A DNA stretch of 63,976 nt, filler included, from Lama guanicoe (lineage: Eukaryota): the NCBI GenBank assembly GCA_013239625.1. It is 73 parts of 73 records of this genome, joined end to end, with 100 filler letters (N's around TTAATTAATTAA, not from the genome) between each part and the next. Parts side by side here need not be neighbours in the genome. Positions count along the whole stretch, not along the records: positions 26,328 to 26,873 come from PNXV01020058.1; positions 26,974 to 28,134 come from MU056310.1; positions 28,235 to 28,617 come from PNXV01020061.1; positions 28,718 to 29,449 come from MU056314.1; positions 29,550 to 30,267 come from PNXV01020115.1; positions 30,368 to 31,366 come from PNXV01020117.1; positions 31,467 to 31,931 come from MU056316.1; positions 32,032 to 32,683 come from MU056317.1; 65 more parts are not named here. One strand, given 5' to 3'. Shown piece after piece: positions 26,482-38,198 of the stretch. The notes beneath the pieces are model-generated. The model saw nothing but the letters and a program-made list of their open reading frames with translations, did not search any database and had not been told where the DNA came from. The position numbers were made by a program, and so were the translations under genes. Numbering within the stretch: position 1 is the stretch's first letter; each line of letters starts with the position of its first letter.

Positions 26482-26873
26482 ATATATTCTTTTTCATATT
26501 CTTTTTCATCATAGGCTGTTATAAGGTATTAGTTCCCTGTGCTGTACAGTAAAACCTTGTTGTTTATCAATTTTATGTATAGTAATTACTACCTACAAAT
26601 CCTGAACCCTCCATTGATTCCCTCCCCACCTCCTTTCCCCCTGGTAATGACGAGTTTGTTTTCTATGTCTGCGAATCTGTCTCTAAAAAAAATAAATAAG
26701 TTCATTTTTGTCCCCTTTTTTTTTTTAGATTCCACATATGAGTGGTATCATATGGTATTTTTCTTGCCCTTTCTGACTTACTTGACTTCGTATGACGATC
26801 TAGGGTCCATGCATGTTGCTGCAGATGGCATATTTGATTCTTTTTTATGGCTGAGTAGTATTCCATTGTTTAA
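26380..26873 (-). mobile_element. L1 3'UTR with internal (TCTA)n microsatellite at ~26450-26480
   Basis: GGTGTACAGCATAGTGATTCA..TTAGATTCCACATATGAGTG..TTATGGCTGAGTAGTATTCCATTG. Confidence 0.92.
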
Positions 26874-26973
26874 NNNNNNNNNNNNNNNNNNNNNNNNNNN
26901 NNNNNNNNNNNNNNNNNTTAATTAATTAANNNNNNNNNNNNNNNNNNNNNNNNNNNNNNNNNNNNNNNNNNNN

Positions 26974-28617
26974 TTTCTAAATTCTATATTTTACATTCTA
27001 TATTTTGTATACTGTACTCTATTATCTGTGTTCTTCATTCTGTATTCTACACTCAAAATTCTGTATTCTGTGTTTTATATTCTAAATTCCGTGTTCTACA
27101 TTCTATATTTTACAATCTACATTCTATATTCTGAACTCTATATTATTAATTCTCTGTTCTAAATTCCATGTTCTAAATTCTGGGTTCTGTAGTCTGCATT
27201 TTATATACTGTGTTCTACATTATATATTCTACATTCTATATTCTGAATTCTGTATACTAAATTCTGTGTTCTTCATTCCATGTTCCAAATTCGGGGTTCA
27301 TGGGTTCTGCGTATTCTATATTCTATATTCTGTGTTCTATATTCTCTATTCTACATTCTGTATTCTGTAGTTTATATTCTAAATTCAGTGTTCTGAATTC
27401 CATGTAATGATTTCTGTGTTCTGCATTGTGTATTCAAAATTCTCTCTTCTGTATTCTATATTCTAAATTCTGTGTTCTGAAATCCATGTTCTAAATTCTG
27501 GTATCTGTATTCTNNNNNNNNNNNNNNNNNNNNNNNNNNNNNNNNNNNNNNNNNNNNNNNNNNNNNNNNNNNNNNNNNNNNNNNNNNNNNNNNNNNNNNN
27601 NNNNNNNNNNNNNNNNNNNNNNNNNNNNNNNNNNNNNNNNNNNNNNNNNNNNNNNNNNNNNNNNNNNNNNNNNNNNNNNNNNNNNNNNNNNNNNNNNNNN
27701 NNNNNNNNNNNNNNNNNNNNNNNNNNNNNNNNNNNNNNNNNNNNNNNNNNNNNNNNNNNNNNNNNNNNNNNNNNNNNNNNNNNNNNNNNNNNNNNNNNNN
27801 NNNNNNNNNNNNNNNNNNNNNNNNNNNNNNNNNNNNNNNNNNNNNNNNNNNNNNNNNNNNNNNNNNNNNNNNNNNNNNNNNNNNNNNNNNNNNNNNNNNN
27901 NNNNNNNNNNNNNNNNNNNNNNNNNNNNNNNNNGCATACTGGGTTCTTTGTTCTGTATTCTATATTCTTTATTCTGTGTTCTACATTCTATATTCTACAT
28001 TCTATATTCTGTCTTCTGTACTCTATACTCTAAACTCTGTGTTCTGAATTCCATGTTCTAATTTCTAAGTTTTGATCCTGTATTGTGCATTCTATAGTTT
28101 TTATAATGTGTTCTGCTTTCCATGTTCTAAATTCNNNNNNNNNNNNNNNNNNNNNNNNNNNNNNNNNNNNNNNNNNNNTTAATTAATTAANNNNNNNNNN
28201 NNNNNNNNNNNNNNNNNNNNNNNNNNNNNNNNNNTTTGAATTCCGTATTCTCCATTATATATTCTGTGTTTTTCCTTCTATATAACAAATTCTATATTCA
28301 GTATTCTGTATACTGTATTCTAAATTCTGTGTTCTGCATTCTATATTCTAAATTATATATTCAGTATTCTGTATCCTATATTCTAAATTCTGTGTTCTGC
28401 ATACCATGTTCTAAATTCTGGGTTCTATATTCTGTTTCCATAATCAATAATGTTTTTTAAATTGTATATTCTGTATACTATATTCTGCATTCCGTATTCT
28501 ATATTCTATATTCTGTGTTCTGTGGTTTATATTCTAAATTCTATATTCTGTAATCTGCATACTATACACTAAATTCTGTGTTCTGCATTCCATGTTCTAA
28601 ATTCTCTATTCTATATT
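26974..28617 (+). repeat. Satellite D (two scaffolds: 26974-28134 and 28235-28617)
   Basis: Heptamer arrays. Confidence 0.95.
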
Positions 28618-28734
28618 NNNNNNNNNNNNNNNNNNNNNNNNNNNNNNNNNNNNNNNNNNNNTTAATTAATTAANNNNNNNNNNNNNNNNNNNNNNNNNNN
28701 NNNNNNNNNNNNNNNNNCTGGCATACCTACCTGT

Positions 28735-29270
28735 TGGCTACCTCCCTGACTAGAAGGTAAGCACTAAGTGGACAGGAACTTGGTCGGTTTTGCTCATCAC
28801 TTTATAACCAGCTTCCAGTACGATGCCTCACTTACAGCAAATGTTGAGTGGATGTTGTTAAATACACCACTAAACAACAATTTTCTAACTCATCTTGCCA
28901 ACCCTGTTGCCATTCTTACTGCCTAATTATTGTCTGCCTTTCTAGGAACATTCCCAGAAAAAGCTTTGTTCATACTGTTGCTCCCTAACTCCTCTCTAAT
29001 TGTCCAAAACAGATCCAGCCCTCAAGGTGGTTCAGTTCCAACCCTTTCTGTGAAGCCATCCCTGAGTATTTTGACACATACTCTCCTTTCTTGGATTTCC
29101 AAAAACAACCATCATTGCTATTATTTATGACTATTGTGGGTAATTATTTTGTTAGGCGTTTTGCCATCTAGTCTCAATCCTTTGGTGCTAGAGATAGGTC
29201 TTCTCTCTTTTTATTTGTCCTAGTGCCAGGCATAGTGCCTGATGAACTGTAGGGGGTCCAAGATGTTGGG
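28735..29270 (+). mobile_element. L2 3'-end remnants (two)
   Basis: GACTAGAAGGTAAGC..GACAGGAAC and TAGTGCCAGGCATAGTGCCTGA..GTAGG motifs. Confidence 0.55.
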
Positions 29271-29549
29271 GGATTGGCTGATATAATGATAATCAAACAA
29301 ACTCTTCCTTTGAAGCTCTAAAGCCTGTTGGAGGAAAGAGCCATCCCTCTCCATGTGCCTTCCCTATATCATTCAAACTGGCCACATGCCTGCCGTTTTG
29401 TGGCCAGTGAATGTGGATGGCTGGGCACTTTTCTGGGCATTTTTCAGAGNNNNNNNNNNNNNNNNNNNNNNNNNNNNNNNNNNNNNNNNNNNNTTAATTA
29501 ATTAANNNNNNNNNNNNNNNNNNNNNNNNNNNNNNNNNNNNNNNNNNNN

Positions 29550-29948
29550 CTCAGCCATAAAAAATAATGAAATGATGCCATTTGCAGCAACATGGATATC
29601 CCTAGAGATTGTCATTCTAAGTCAAGCAGGCCAGAAAGAGAAAGAAAAATTTCATATGGTATCACTTATATGTAGAATCTTAAAAAAGGACACAAATGAA
29701 CTTATTTACGAAACAGAAATAGAGTCACAGACATAGAGAACACACTTACAGTTACCAGCAGGGAAAGGGGGTGAGAAGGGATAAACTGGGGGTCTGAAAT
29801 TCGCACCTCTTGGGGAGTGAAGGAAATGTGAGCTATCTTGACTGTGGTGGGGGTCTCGTGGCTGTATACATCTATCAAAGTTCATCCAATTGTACATTTG
29901 AAGTATGTATAGTTCACTGTACAGGAACCATACAACAATAAAGGTGCT
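29550..29948 (+). mobile_element. L1 3' end: camelid-type to ~29805, then older L1MB/MC-type terminus
   Basis: CAGCCATAAAAAATAATGAAATGATGCCATTTGCAGC...GGGATAAACTGGG, then TATCTTGACTGTGGTGG..GTATACAT..CAATAAAG. Confidence 0.85.
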
Positions 29949-29950
29949 GA

Positions 29951-30063
29951 AGAAAGAAAAGAAAAGAAAAGAAAAGAAAAGAAAAGAAAAGAAAAGAAAA
30001 GAAAAGAAAAGAAAAGAAAAGAAAAGAAAAGAAGAAAAGAAAAGAAGAAAGAGAGAGAGAGAG

Positions 30064-30133
<70 letters not shown>
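29951..30133 (+). repeat. Compound polypurine microsatellite (GAAAA)n(GA)n(GAAA)n
   Basis: About 180 nt of only A/G, directly after the L1 end. Confidence 0.98.
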
Positions 30134-30134
<1 letters not shown>

Positions 30135-30367
30135 GGAGCGGTGTCTCAAAGCAGTGTCTCTCCTAGGAATCTGTCCTAATCTCCACGGCACAGGAAAGAA
30201 CTGTGTGTATGAACATGTTATATACAATATACGTGTAAAGGATCTCTCTCTCTCTGTCTCTTTTTTTNNNNNNNNNNNNNNNNNNNNNNNNNNNNNNNNN
30301 NNNNNNNNNNNTTAATTAATTAANNNNNNNNNNNNNNNNNNNNNNNNNNNNNNNNNNNNNNNNNNNN

Positions 30368-31366
30368 ACACAGAATATAGAATATAGAATACGGAATGCA
30401 GAATATAGAATTCAGATCATAGAATGTAGAACACAGAATATAGAATATGGAAAACAGTATACAAAACACAGAATTGAAAACATGGAATTCAGAACACAGA
30501 ATTTAGAATATAGAATACAGAATACAGAATATAGAATTTTGAATATAGAATGTAGAACACAGAATTTAGTATATAGAATAAAGAATACTGAATATAGAAT
30601 TAAGAATATAGAATGTAGATCACACAATATGGAATGTAGAATACGGAATACAGAATATTGAATACATAATATAGAATGTAGAACACAGAATTTAGAATAT
30701 GGAAAACAGAATATAGAACACATAATTTAGAACATGGAATGCAAAACACAGAATTTAGAATATAGAATACATATTACTGAGTATAGAATTTAGTATATAG
30801 AATGTAGAACACAGAATTTTGAATCTAGAATACAGAATACTGAATTTAGAATTTAGAATATAGAATGTATAACACAGAATACAGAATATAGACTACGGTA
30901 TTGAGAGTATAGAAGGTAGAAAATAGAATGAAGAAAACAGAATATAGAACACATAATTTAGAACATGGAATGCAAAACACAGAATTTAGAATATAGAATA
31001 CATATTACTGAGTATAGAATTTAGTATATAGAATGTAGAACACAGAATTTTGAATCTAGAATACAGAATACTGAATTTAGAATTTAGAATATAGAATGTA
31101 TAACACAGAATACAGAATATAGACTACGGTATTGAGAGTATAGAAGGTAGAAAATAGAATGAAGAACACAAAATATAGAATATACAATAGAGAATATAGA
31201 ACCCAGAATTTAGAAATGGAATGCAGAACAGAGAATTTAGAATATAGAATACAGAATACTAAATATAGATTTTTGAATATAGAACGTAGAACACAGAATA
31301 TAGAGTAAAGAATCCGAAATGCAGAATATAGTATGAAGAATATAGAATGAAGAACACAAATATAGA
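30368..31366 (-). repeat. Satellite D with near-perfect 231-bp tandem duplication
   Basis: CATAATTTAGAACATGGAATGCAAAACAC at 30721 and 30952 (33x7 apart). Confidence 0.95.
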
Positions 31367-32031
31367 NNNNNNNNNNNNNNNNNNNNNNNNNNNNNNNNNN
31401 NNNNNNNNNNTTAATTAATTAANNNNNNNNNNNNNNNNNNNNNNNNNNNNNNNNNNNNNNNNNNNNGGTAGATAAATGGACAGATTGAGAGGTAAAAGAT
31501 GGGCAGACAGACAGAGTCCAAGAAAAGGGGATCAAATAAAATTTCCTATGCAAAACCCTCTTCTAGTCAGGGAAGGAAACCAACATGGAGAAGTGTGAAG
31601 AGGCAGGTAGCTTAGGACTGTTTCCTGAATTCCATGAAAAGTCACACCAAGAGATGAGAGGGTAGAACTTATATAGTAAAAGAAAAAAGCATGCATGNNN
31701 NNNNNNNNNNNNNNNNNNNNNNNNNNNNNNNNNNNNNNNNNNNNNNNNNNNNNNNNNNNNNNNNNNNNNNNNNNNNNNNNNNNNNNNNNNNNNNNNNNNN
31801 NNNNNNNNNNNNNNNNNNNNNNNNNNNNNNNNNNNNNNNNNNNNNNNNNNNNNNNNNNNNNNNTCACCACAAATGCGATCCGGCACTTACGAGGAATGAG
31901 CAGCTGTGCTCGGGCTGCCCACGCGCATCATNNNNNNNNNNNNNNNNNNNNNNNNNNNNNNNNNNNNNNNNNNNNTTAATTAATTAANNNNNNNNNNNNN
32001 NNNNNNNNNNNNNNNNNNNNNNNNNNNNNNN

Positions 32032-32683
32032 GCAAACTCAACTCCAGAAATATATATGGTTAGTAATAAGCTCCAACTCGATTTTACAGTGGAAACCGCT
32101 GGAACTTCAAACCGGCACTAGGAATTAGACTGAGAAACCAGAGTAAGTGTTTCTCCTGCAACCCGTTCCTTTTGGGCTGGTTGAACGAACTTCTTTCCAC
32201 TTGCTCAGTTCTGTAAGATAAGTGTGTGTGAAAGNNNNNNNNNNNNNNNNNNNNNNNNNNNNNNNNNNNNNNNNNNNNNNNNNNNNNNNNNNNNNNNNNN
32301 NNNNNNNNNNNNNNNNNNNNNNNNNNNNNNNNNNNNNNNNNNNNNNNNNNNNNNNNNNNNNNNNNNNNNNNNNNNNNNNNNNNNNNNNNNNNNNNNNNNN
32401 NNNNNNNNNNNNNNNNNNNNNNNNNNNNNNNNNNNNNNNNNNNNNNNNNNNNNNNNNNNNNNNNNNNNNNNNNNNNNNNNNNNNNNNNNNNNNNNNNNNN
32501 NNNNNNNNNNNNNNNNNNNNNNNNNNNNNNNNNNNNNNNNNNNNNNNNNNNNNNNNNNNNNNNNNNNNNNNNNNNNNNNNNNNNNNNNNNNNNNNNNNNN
32601 NNNNNNNNNNNNNNNNNNNNNNNNNACCACTCCTTACATATATATGGGGGGGTACAAGCTACAACTCGGTTTTACAGTGAAAA
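32032..32683 (+). repeat. Satellite B (diverged copies)
   Basis: CTTCAAACCGGCACTAGGAA..GACTGAGAAACCAGAGTAAG. Confidence 0.93.
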
Positions 32684-32783
32684 NNNNNNNNNNNNNNNNN
32701 NNNNNNNNNNNNNNNNNNNNNNNNNNNTTAATTAATTAANNNNNNNNNNNNNNNNNNNNNNNNNNNNNNNNNNNNNNNNNNNN

Positions 32784-33231
32784 TTATCCATTTGGGATAA
32801 GCCCCTTAACTTTTTTTTTCATTAAGAAAAAAATCAAAATTTTTACAATCCTCTTTCCAGTTATTCAACCTAATTAACATTAATTGTTCTAAATTTTTAT
32901 TAGCATCTCTAAAACCATTGATGTGAAAGGAAAAACACAAATGTAGCTTTTCAAACCAGGTTTTTTTTTTATAACTAAGTTCTTAGGTTAAACATTAGAT
33001 ATATTTTTCTACCTTTAAACTTGATATGTACCAAGAAAACAGCTGTTTATATTGAGAGCTCTTTCAACTTTCACCAATTTAAAAGTTTTTCCAAATTAAA
33101 GGATCCATCATATGGCCATCAATTTATATATATATCTAAAACCAAAAAGATGAAGAGGCTTTTCCACATGAGAGTGGGGGTTTTGCCTAAATGAAATTCA
33201 AAAGTTTACTCTCCAAAAGCTAAAGGCCTTT
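32784..33231 (-). mobile_element. AT-rich ERV internal segment, second copy of 54601-54880
   Basis: 32848-33122 is nearly identical to 54601-54880, which shares a scaffold with an LTR/PBS. Confidence 0.7.
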
Positions 33232-34484
33232 NNNNNNNNNNNNNNNNNNNNNNNNNNNNNNNNNNNNNNNNNNNNTTAATTAATTAANNNNNNNNNNNNN
33301 NNNNNNNNNNNNNNNNNNNNNNNNNNNNNNNACTCTTATGAAAATTTCAGTGCACAGTCATGTTAATTATGATGTTTCACCCACGATGCCACTTGAACAT
33401 ATCATCATCTTGCATTGTTTCAAAATATTGAATGTATGTAATTACTCTAATTATTTATGTTGCCTTATTTTAGTTGTAATGGTTATATGTTTTACCAGGT
33501 TTNNNNNNNNNNNNNNNNNNNNNNNNNNNNNNNNNNNNNNNNNNNNNNNNNNNNNNNNNNNNNNNNNNNNNNNNNNNNNNNNNNNNNNNNNNNNNNNNNN
33601 NNNNNNNNNNNNNNNNNNNNNNNNNNNNNNNNNNNNNNNNNNNNNNNNNNNNNNNNNNNNNNNNNNNNNNNNNNNNNNNNNNNNNNNNNNNNNNNNNNNN
33701 NNNNNNNNNNNNNNNNNNNNNNNNNNNNNNNNNNNNNNNNNNNNNNNNNNNNNNNNNNNNNNNNNNNNNNNNNNNNNNNNNNNNNNNNNNNNNNNNNNNN
33801 NNNNNNNNNNNNNNNNNNNNNNNNNNNNNNNNNNNNNNNNNNNNNNNNNNNNNNNNNNNNNNNNNNNNNNNNNNNNNNNNNNNNNNNNNNNNNNNNNNNN
33901 NNNNNNNNNNNNNNNNNNNNNNNNNNNNNNNNNNNNNNNNNNNNNNNNNNNNNNNNNNNNNNNNNNNNNNNNNNNNNNNNNNNNNNNNNNNNNNNNNNNN
34001 NNNNNNNNNNNNNNNNNNNNNNNNNNNNNNNNNNNNNNNNNNNNNNNNNNNNNNNNNNNNNNNNNNNNNNNNNNNNNNNNNNNNNNNNNNNNNNNNNNNN
34101 NNNNNNNNNNNNNNNNNNNNNNNNNNNNNNNNNNNNNNNNNNNNNNNNNNNNNNNNNNNNNNNNNNNNNNNNNNNNNNNNNNNNNNNNNNNNNNNNNNNN
34201 NNNNNNNNNNNNNNNNNNNNNNNNNNNNNNNNNNNNNNNNNNNNNNNNNNNNNNNNNNNNNNNNNNNNNNNNNNNNNNNNNNNNNNNNNNNNNNNNNNNN
34301 NNNNNNNNNNNNNNNNNNNNNNNNNNNNNNNNNNNNNNNNNNNNNNNNNNNNNNNNNNNNNNNNNNNNNNNNNNNNNNNNNNNNNNNNNNNNNNNNNNNN
34401 NNNNNNNNNNNNNNNNNNNNNNNNNNNNNNNNNNNNNNNNNNNNNNNNNNNNNNNNNNNNNNNNNNNNNNNNNNNNNNNNNNNN

Positions 34485-34585
34485 ACTTGGAAACCAAAAA
34501 AATTATGTGGCTCATTTTACTGTGATATGTGCTTTATTGTAGTTGTCTGGAATTGAACATGCAATATCTTTGAGATATTCCTGTA
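34485..34585 (+). mobile_element. Tigger1-type DNA transposon 3' end
   Basis: GGAAACCAAAAAAATT..GCAATATCTTTGAGATATTCCTG followed by TA. Confidence 0.85.
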
Positions 34586-34778
34586 TACCTTCTTCTATCA
34601 TGTACCTAATTATGTCCCTATGAATGTATTTTCATATCTACCCATATATCACTTAGTTTGTAAATGCTAAGAATGTTANNNNNNNNNNNNNNNNNNNNNN
34701 NNNNNNNNNNNNNNNNNNNNNNTTAATTAATTAANNNNNNNNNNNNNNNNNNNNNNNNNNNNNNNNNNNNNNNNNNNN

Positions 34779-35370
34779 CTCTCAGCAACTTTCAGATAAA
34801 TAATACAGCATTGTTAGCTGTAGTCACAGTACTGTTCGTGAGATTTCCCAGAACTCACTCATCTTAAACCTGGACACTTGTGCTCTTTGAGCATCTTCTC
34901 ACTTCCTGACTCCCAGGCCCTGACAACCACCACTCTGTTCTCTGTTTATGTGAATTTGGCTTTTTTAGATTACATGTGTAAGTGAAATCATGCAGTTCTA
35001 CTTTTTCTTCTTTCAAGATTTGATCCACTTACATACAGCAATGTGACCACAAACAGCTTTAACTAACACCTCTCACATGACTCACAAGTATAATTTTCTT
35101 TATTTTTTATGACAAGAACATTCACAAGATAGTATCTTAGCAACTTTGAAGACTGATACATCACTGTTTTCTGTAATCACTGTGCTGTGCATTTGATCTG
35201 CATGACTTATTTATCTTCAGGTTGCAAGTTTGTACCCTTTAATGTCTCCACAGTTCCTCCACCCCAACACCATTCTACTTTGTTTCTAAGAGTTTGTTTG
35301 TTTTTTTACATGTATACCTGGTATCTTACATTTATCTTTCTCTGTCTAGTTCATCAAGCATAAAGCCCTC
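34779..35370 (-). mobile_element. Two adjacent L1MA-type 3'UTR fragments
   Basis: AGCAACTTT..TCAC..TGTG/TGTAC..CACCA.TCT pattern begins at ~34784 and again at ~35139. Confidence 0.75.
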
Positions 35371-35470
35371 NNNNNNNNNNNNNNNNNNNNNNNNNNNNNN
35401 NNNNNNNNNNNNNNTTAATTAATTAANNNNNNNNNNNNNNNNNNNNNNNNNNNNNNNNNNNNNNNNNNNN

Positions 35471-36671
35471 CTCTCCACATGTTTAGTTCTGAGAGATAAG
35501 TGTGTGTGAAAGCCGTCCTACAACAAACTTGAAGGGAACACAAAGTTTCTTTTCAGTTGCAAACTCCACTCCATACATATATATGAGGAGGTACAAGCTC
35601 CAACTCGGTTTTACGGTGAAAACGGCAGGCACTTCAAACCAGCACTAAGAAACAGACTGAGAAACCAGAGTAAGGGTTTCTCCTACAACCCATTCCCTTT
35701 GTGCTGGATGAACGAACCTCTCTCCACATGCTCAGTTCTGANNNNNNNNNNNNNNNNNNNNNNNNNNNNNNNNNNNNNNNNNNNNNNNNNNNNNNNNNNN
35801 NNNNNNNNNNNNNNNNNNNNNNNNNNNNNNNNNNNNNNNNNNNNNNNNNNNNNNNNNNNNNNNNNNNNNNNNNNNNNNNNNNNNNNNNNNNNNNNNNNNN
35901 NNNNNNNNNNNNNNNNNNNNNNNNNNNNNNNNNNNNNNNNNNNNNNNNNNNNNNNNNNNNNNNNNNNNNNNNNNNNNNNNNNNNNNNNNNNNNNNNNNNN
36001 NNNNNNNNNNNNNNNNNNNNNNNNNNNNNNNNNNNNNNNNNNNNNNNNNNNNNNTCCATACATATATATGGGGAGGTACAAGCTCCAACTCGGCTTTACA
36101 GTGAAAACGGCAGGCACTTCAAACCGGCACTAGGAAACAAACTGAGAAACCAAAGGAAGTGTTTCACCTGCAACCCGTTCCCTTTGTTCTGAAAGAACGA
36201 ACGTCTCTACACATGCTAAGTTCTGAGAGATAATTGTGTGTGAAAGCCGTCCTACAACTAACTTGAAGGGAACAAAATGTTTCTCTTCAGCTGCCATCTC
36301 CCCTACATACTTATATATGGGGAGGTACAAGCTCCAACTCGGCTTTACAGTGAAAACGGCAGGCACTTCAAACCGGCACTAGGAAACAGACTGAGAAACC
36401 AGAGTAAGGGTTTCGCCTGCAACCCGTTCCCTTTGTGCTGGATGAACGAACGTCTCTCCACATGCTCACTTCTGAGAGATAAGTGTGTGTGAAAGCCGTC
36501 CTACAACTAACTTGAAGGGAACAAAATGTTTCTCTTCAGTTGCCATCTCCCCTACATACTTATATATGGGGAGGTACAAGCTCCAACTCTGTTTTACAGT
36601 GCAAACGGCAGGCCCTCCAAACCGGCACTAGGAAACAGACTGAGAAAGCAGAGTCACTGTTTCTCCTGCAA
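35471..36671 (+). repeat. Satellite B, 249-bp tandem repeat
   Basis: AAACCGGCAC at 36121, 36370 and 36619; one CCGG (MspI/HpaII site) in each of these monomers. Confidence 0.97.
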
Positions 36672-36869
36672 NNNNNNNNNNNNNNNNNNNNNNNNNNNNN
36701 NNNNNNNNNNNNNNNTTAATTAATTAANNNNNNNNNNNNNNNNNNNNNNNNNNNNNNNNNNNNNNNNNNNNGTGTGTACCAGCCAGAAGGCAAGGGAAGC
36801 CCTAGCAAAGCCGGGGGTACAGTTTGTCCTCAGTGTCTGCACATGGCTATTGTAGCTCGGATCACATTA

Positions 36870-36995
36870 CCCAGCTTTTGGTCTAGGCTTGCTGCGCCTG
36901 CACAGCAGTGTCATTTCTTGTTTTCTGTTTCCAAGTACCTAGCCAAACCCTGATGCAAAGTCAGTGCTCAAAACTGCTGAATAAAGAAATGAACA
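36870..36995 (+). mobile_element. L2 3' end remnant
   Basis: GTACCTAGC..AGTGCTCAAAA..CTGAATAAAGAAATGAA. Confidence 0.5.
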
Positions 36996-37128
36996 AAGGA
37001 ATGGCTTTCCAAACCCCTTTAAGCAGAATATAAAGAAAAGAACCACAGTGGGATCTAAACATCAGGATTTCAATTCCAATTTGTTTGAACTCCTAAGCTG
37101 CAGAATAATGGGTAAGAAAACTTGCCTT

Positions 37129-37334
37129 GGGGAGGAGGGTACAGTTCAGTGGTACAGCACGTGCTTACCATGTACGAGGTCCTGGGTTCAAGCCCCAGTA
37201 CCTCATTTTCAAAAATGAAACAAATAAACAATCATACTTACCCTCCTCAAAAAATATTTTTAATTCAAATTTCAAAAAAAATCTTGCAATTGACACAACA
37301 ATGTAAACTTGACTATACTTCAATTAAAAAAAAA
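37129..37334 (+). mobile_element. tRNA-derived camelid SINE (Vic-1 type) with L1-like 3' tail
   Basis: GGGTACAGTTCAGTGGTA (A box-like) ..GGTTCAAGCCCCAGTACCTC (B box); tail AATTGACACAACAATGTAAACTTGACTATACTTCAATTAAAA; flanked by CTTGCCTT direct repeats. Confidence 0.9.
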
Positions 37335-37837
37335 TCCTTGCCTTACAAGAATATATCTGGATTACGCAAGTTTGCAAATGTAAAATGCCTAGGGTACTAC
37401 CTGCATAAAAAGGGGGGACTGTAGAAATTTAATGTCGCTCCTTTATGAGCTATATTACCTTTGGTGGGGGTTATAACTTCTCACATCTAATTTTCTCAGA
37501 TTAAAAATAAGAAAACTTAACCTGATTCTCAGTACTGCTGAAGAATCAGATAACCCTATGAAAGCATCNNNNNNNNNNNNNNNNNNNNNNNNNNNNNNNN
37601 NNNNNNNNNNNNTTAATTAATTAANNNNNNNNNNNNNNNNNNNNNNNNNNNNNNNNNNNNNNNNNNNNTTTTTAATCTGAGAAAATTAGCTCTGAGAGTT
37701 TATAACCCACTCAAAGGAAGTATAGCCCATAAAGGAGGGATAGAACATTTGTACAGTCACCTCCTTTTATAGGTGGTACCCTAGGCATTTTACATTTGAA
37801 AACATCCGTAAACCAGATATATTCTTGTAAGGCAAAG

Positions 37838-38054
37838 ATTTTTTTTTTAAATGAAGTATAGTCAAGTTTACAATGTTGTGTCAATTGCAAGGTGTTTTTA
37901 GAGTTTTGAATTAAAAAATACATTTTCAGCTGGGTAATTAGGTGTATTTATTTGTTTCATTTTTAAAATGAGGTACTGGGGTTTGAAACCAGGATGTCGT
38001 ACATGCTAAGCATGTGCTCTACCACTGAACTGTACAGACTGTACACTCGTCCCC
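37838..38054 (-). mobile_element. Paralogous copy of the same SINE insertion
   Basis: The reverse complement of scaffold 37669-38098 aligns to 37086-37508, including both flanks. Confidence 0.9.
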
Positions 38055-38198
38055 AAGGCAAGTTTTCTTATCCATTATTATGAAGCTTAAGAGTTCAANN
38101 NNNNNNNNNNNNNNNNNNNNNNNNNNNNNNNNNNNNNNNNNNTTAATTAATTAANNNNNNNNNNNNNNNNNNNNNNNNNNNNNNNNNNNNNNNNNNNN

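Noticed and set aside
29706..30315. K/E/R-rich and F/S/L-rich ORFs
   Set aside because: Translations of the purine microsatellite.
37129..37204. tRNA gene
   Set aside because: SINE head with A-rich tail and TSD; A box degenerate and no proper acceptor stem.
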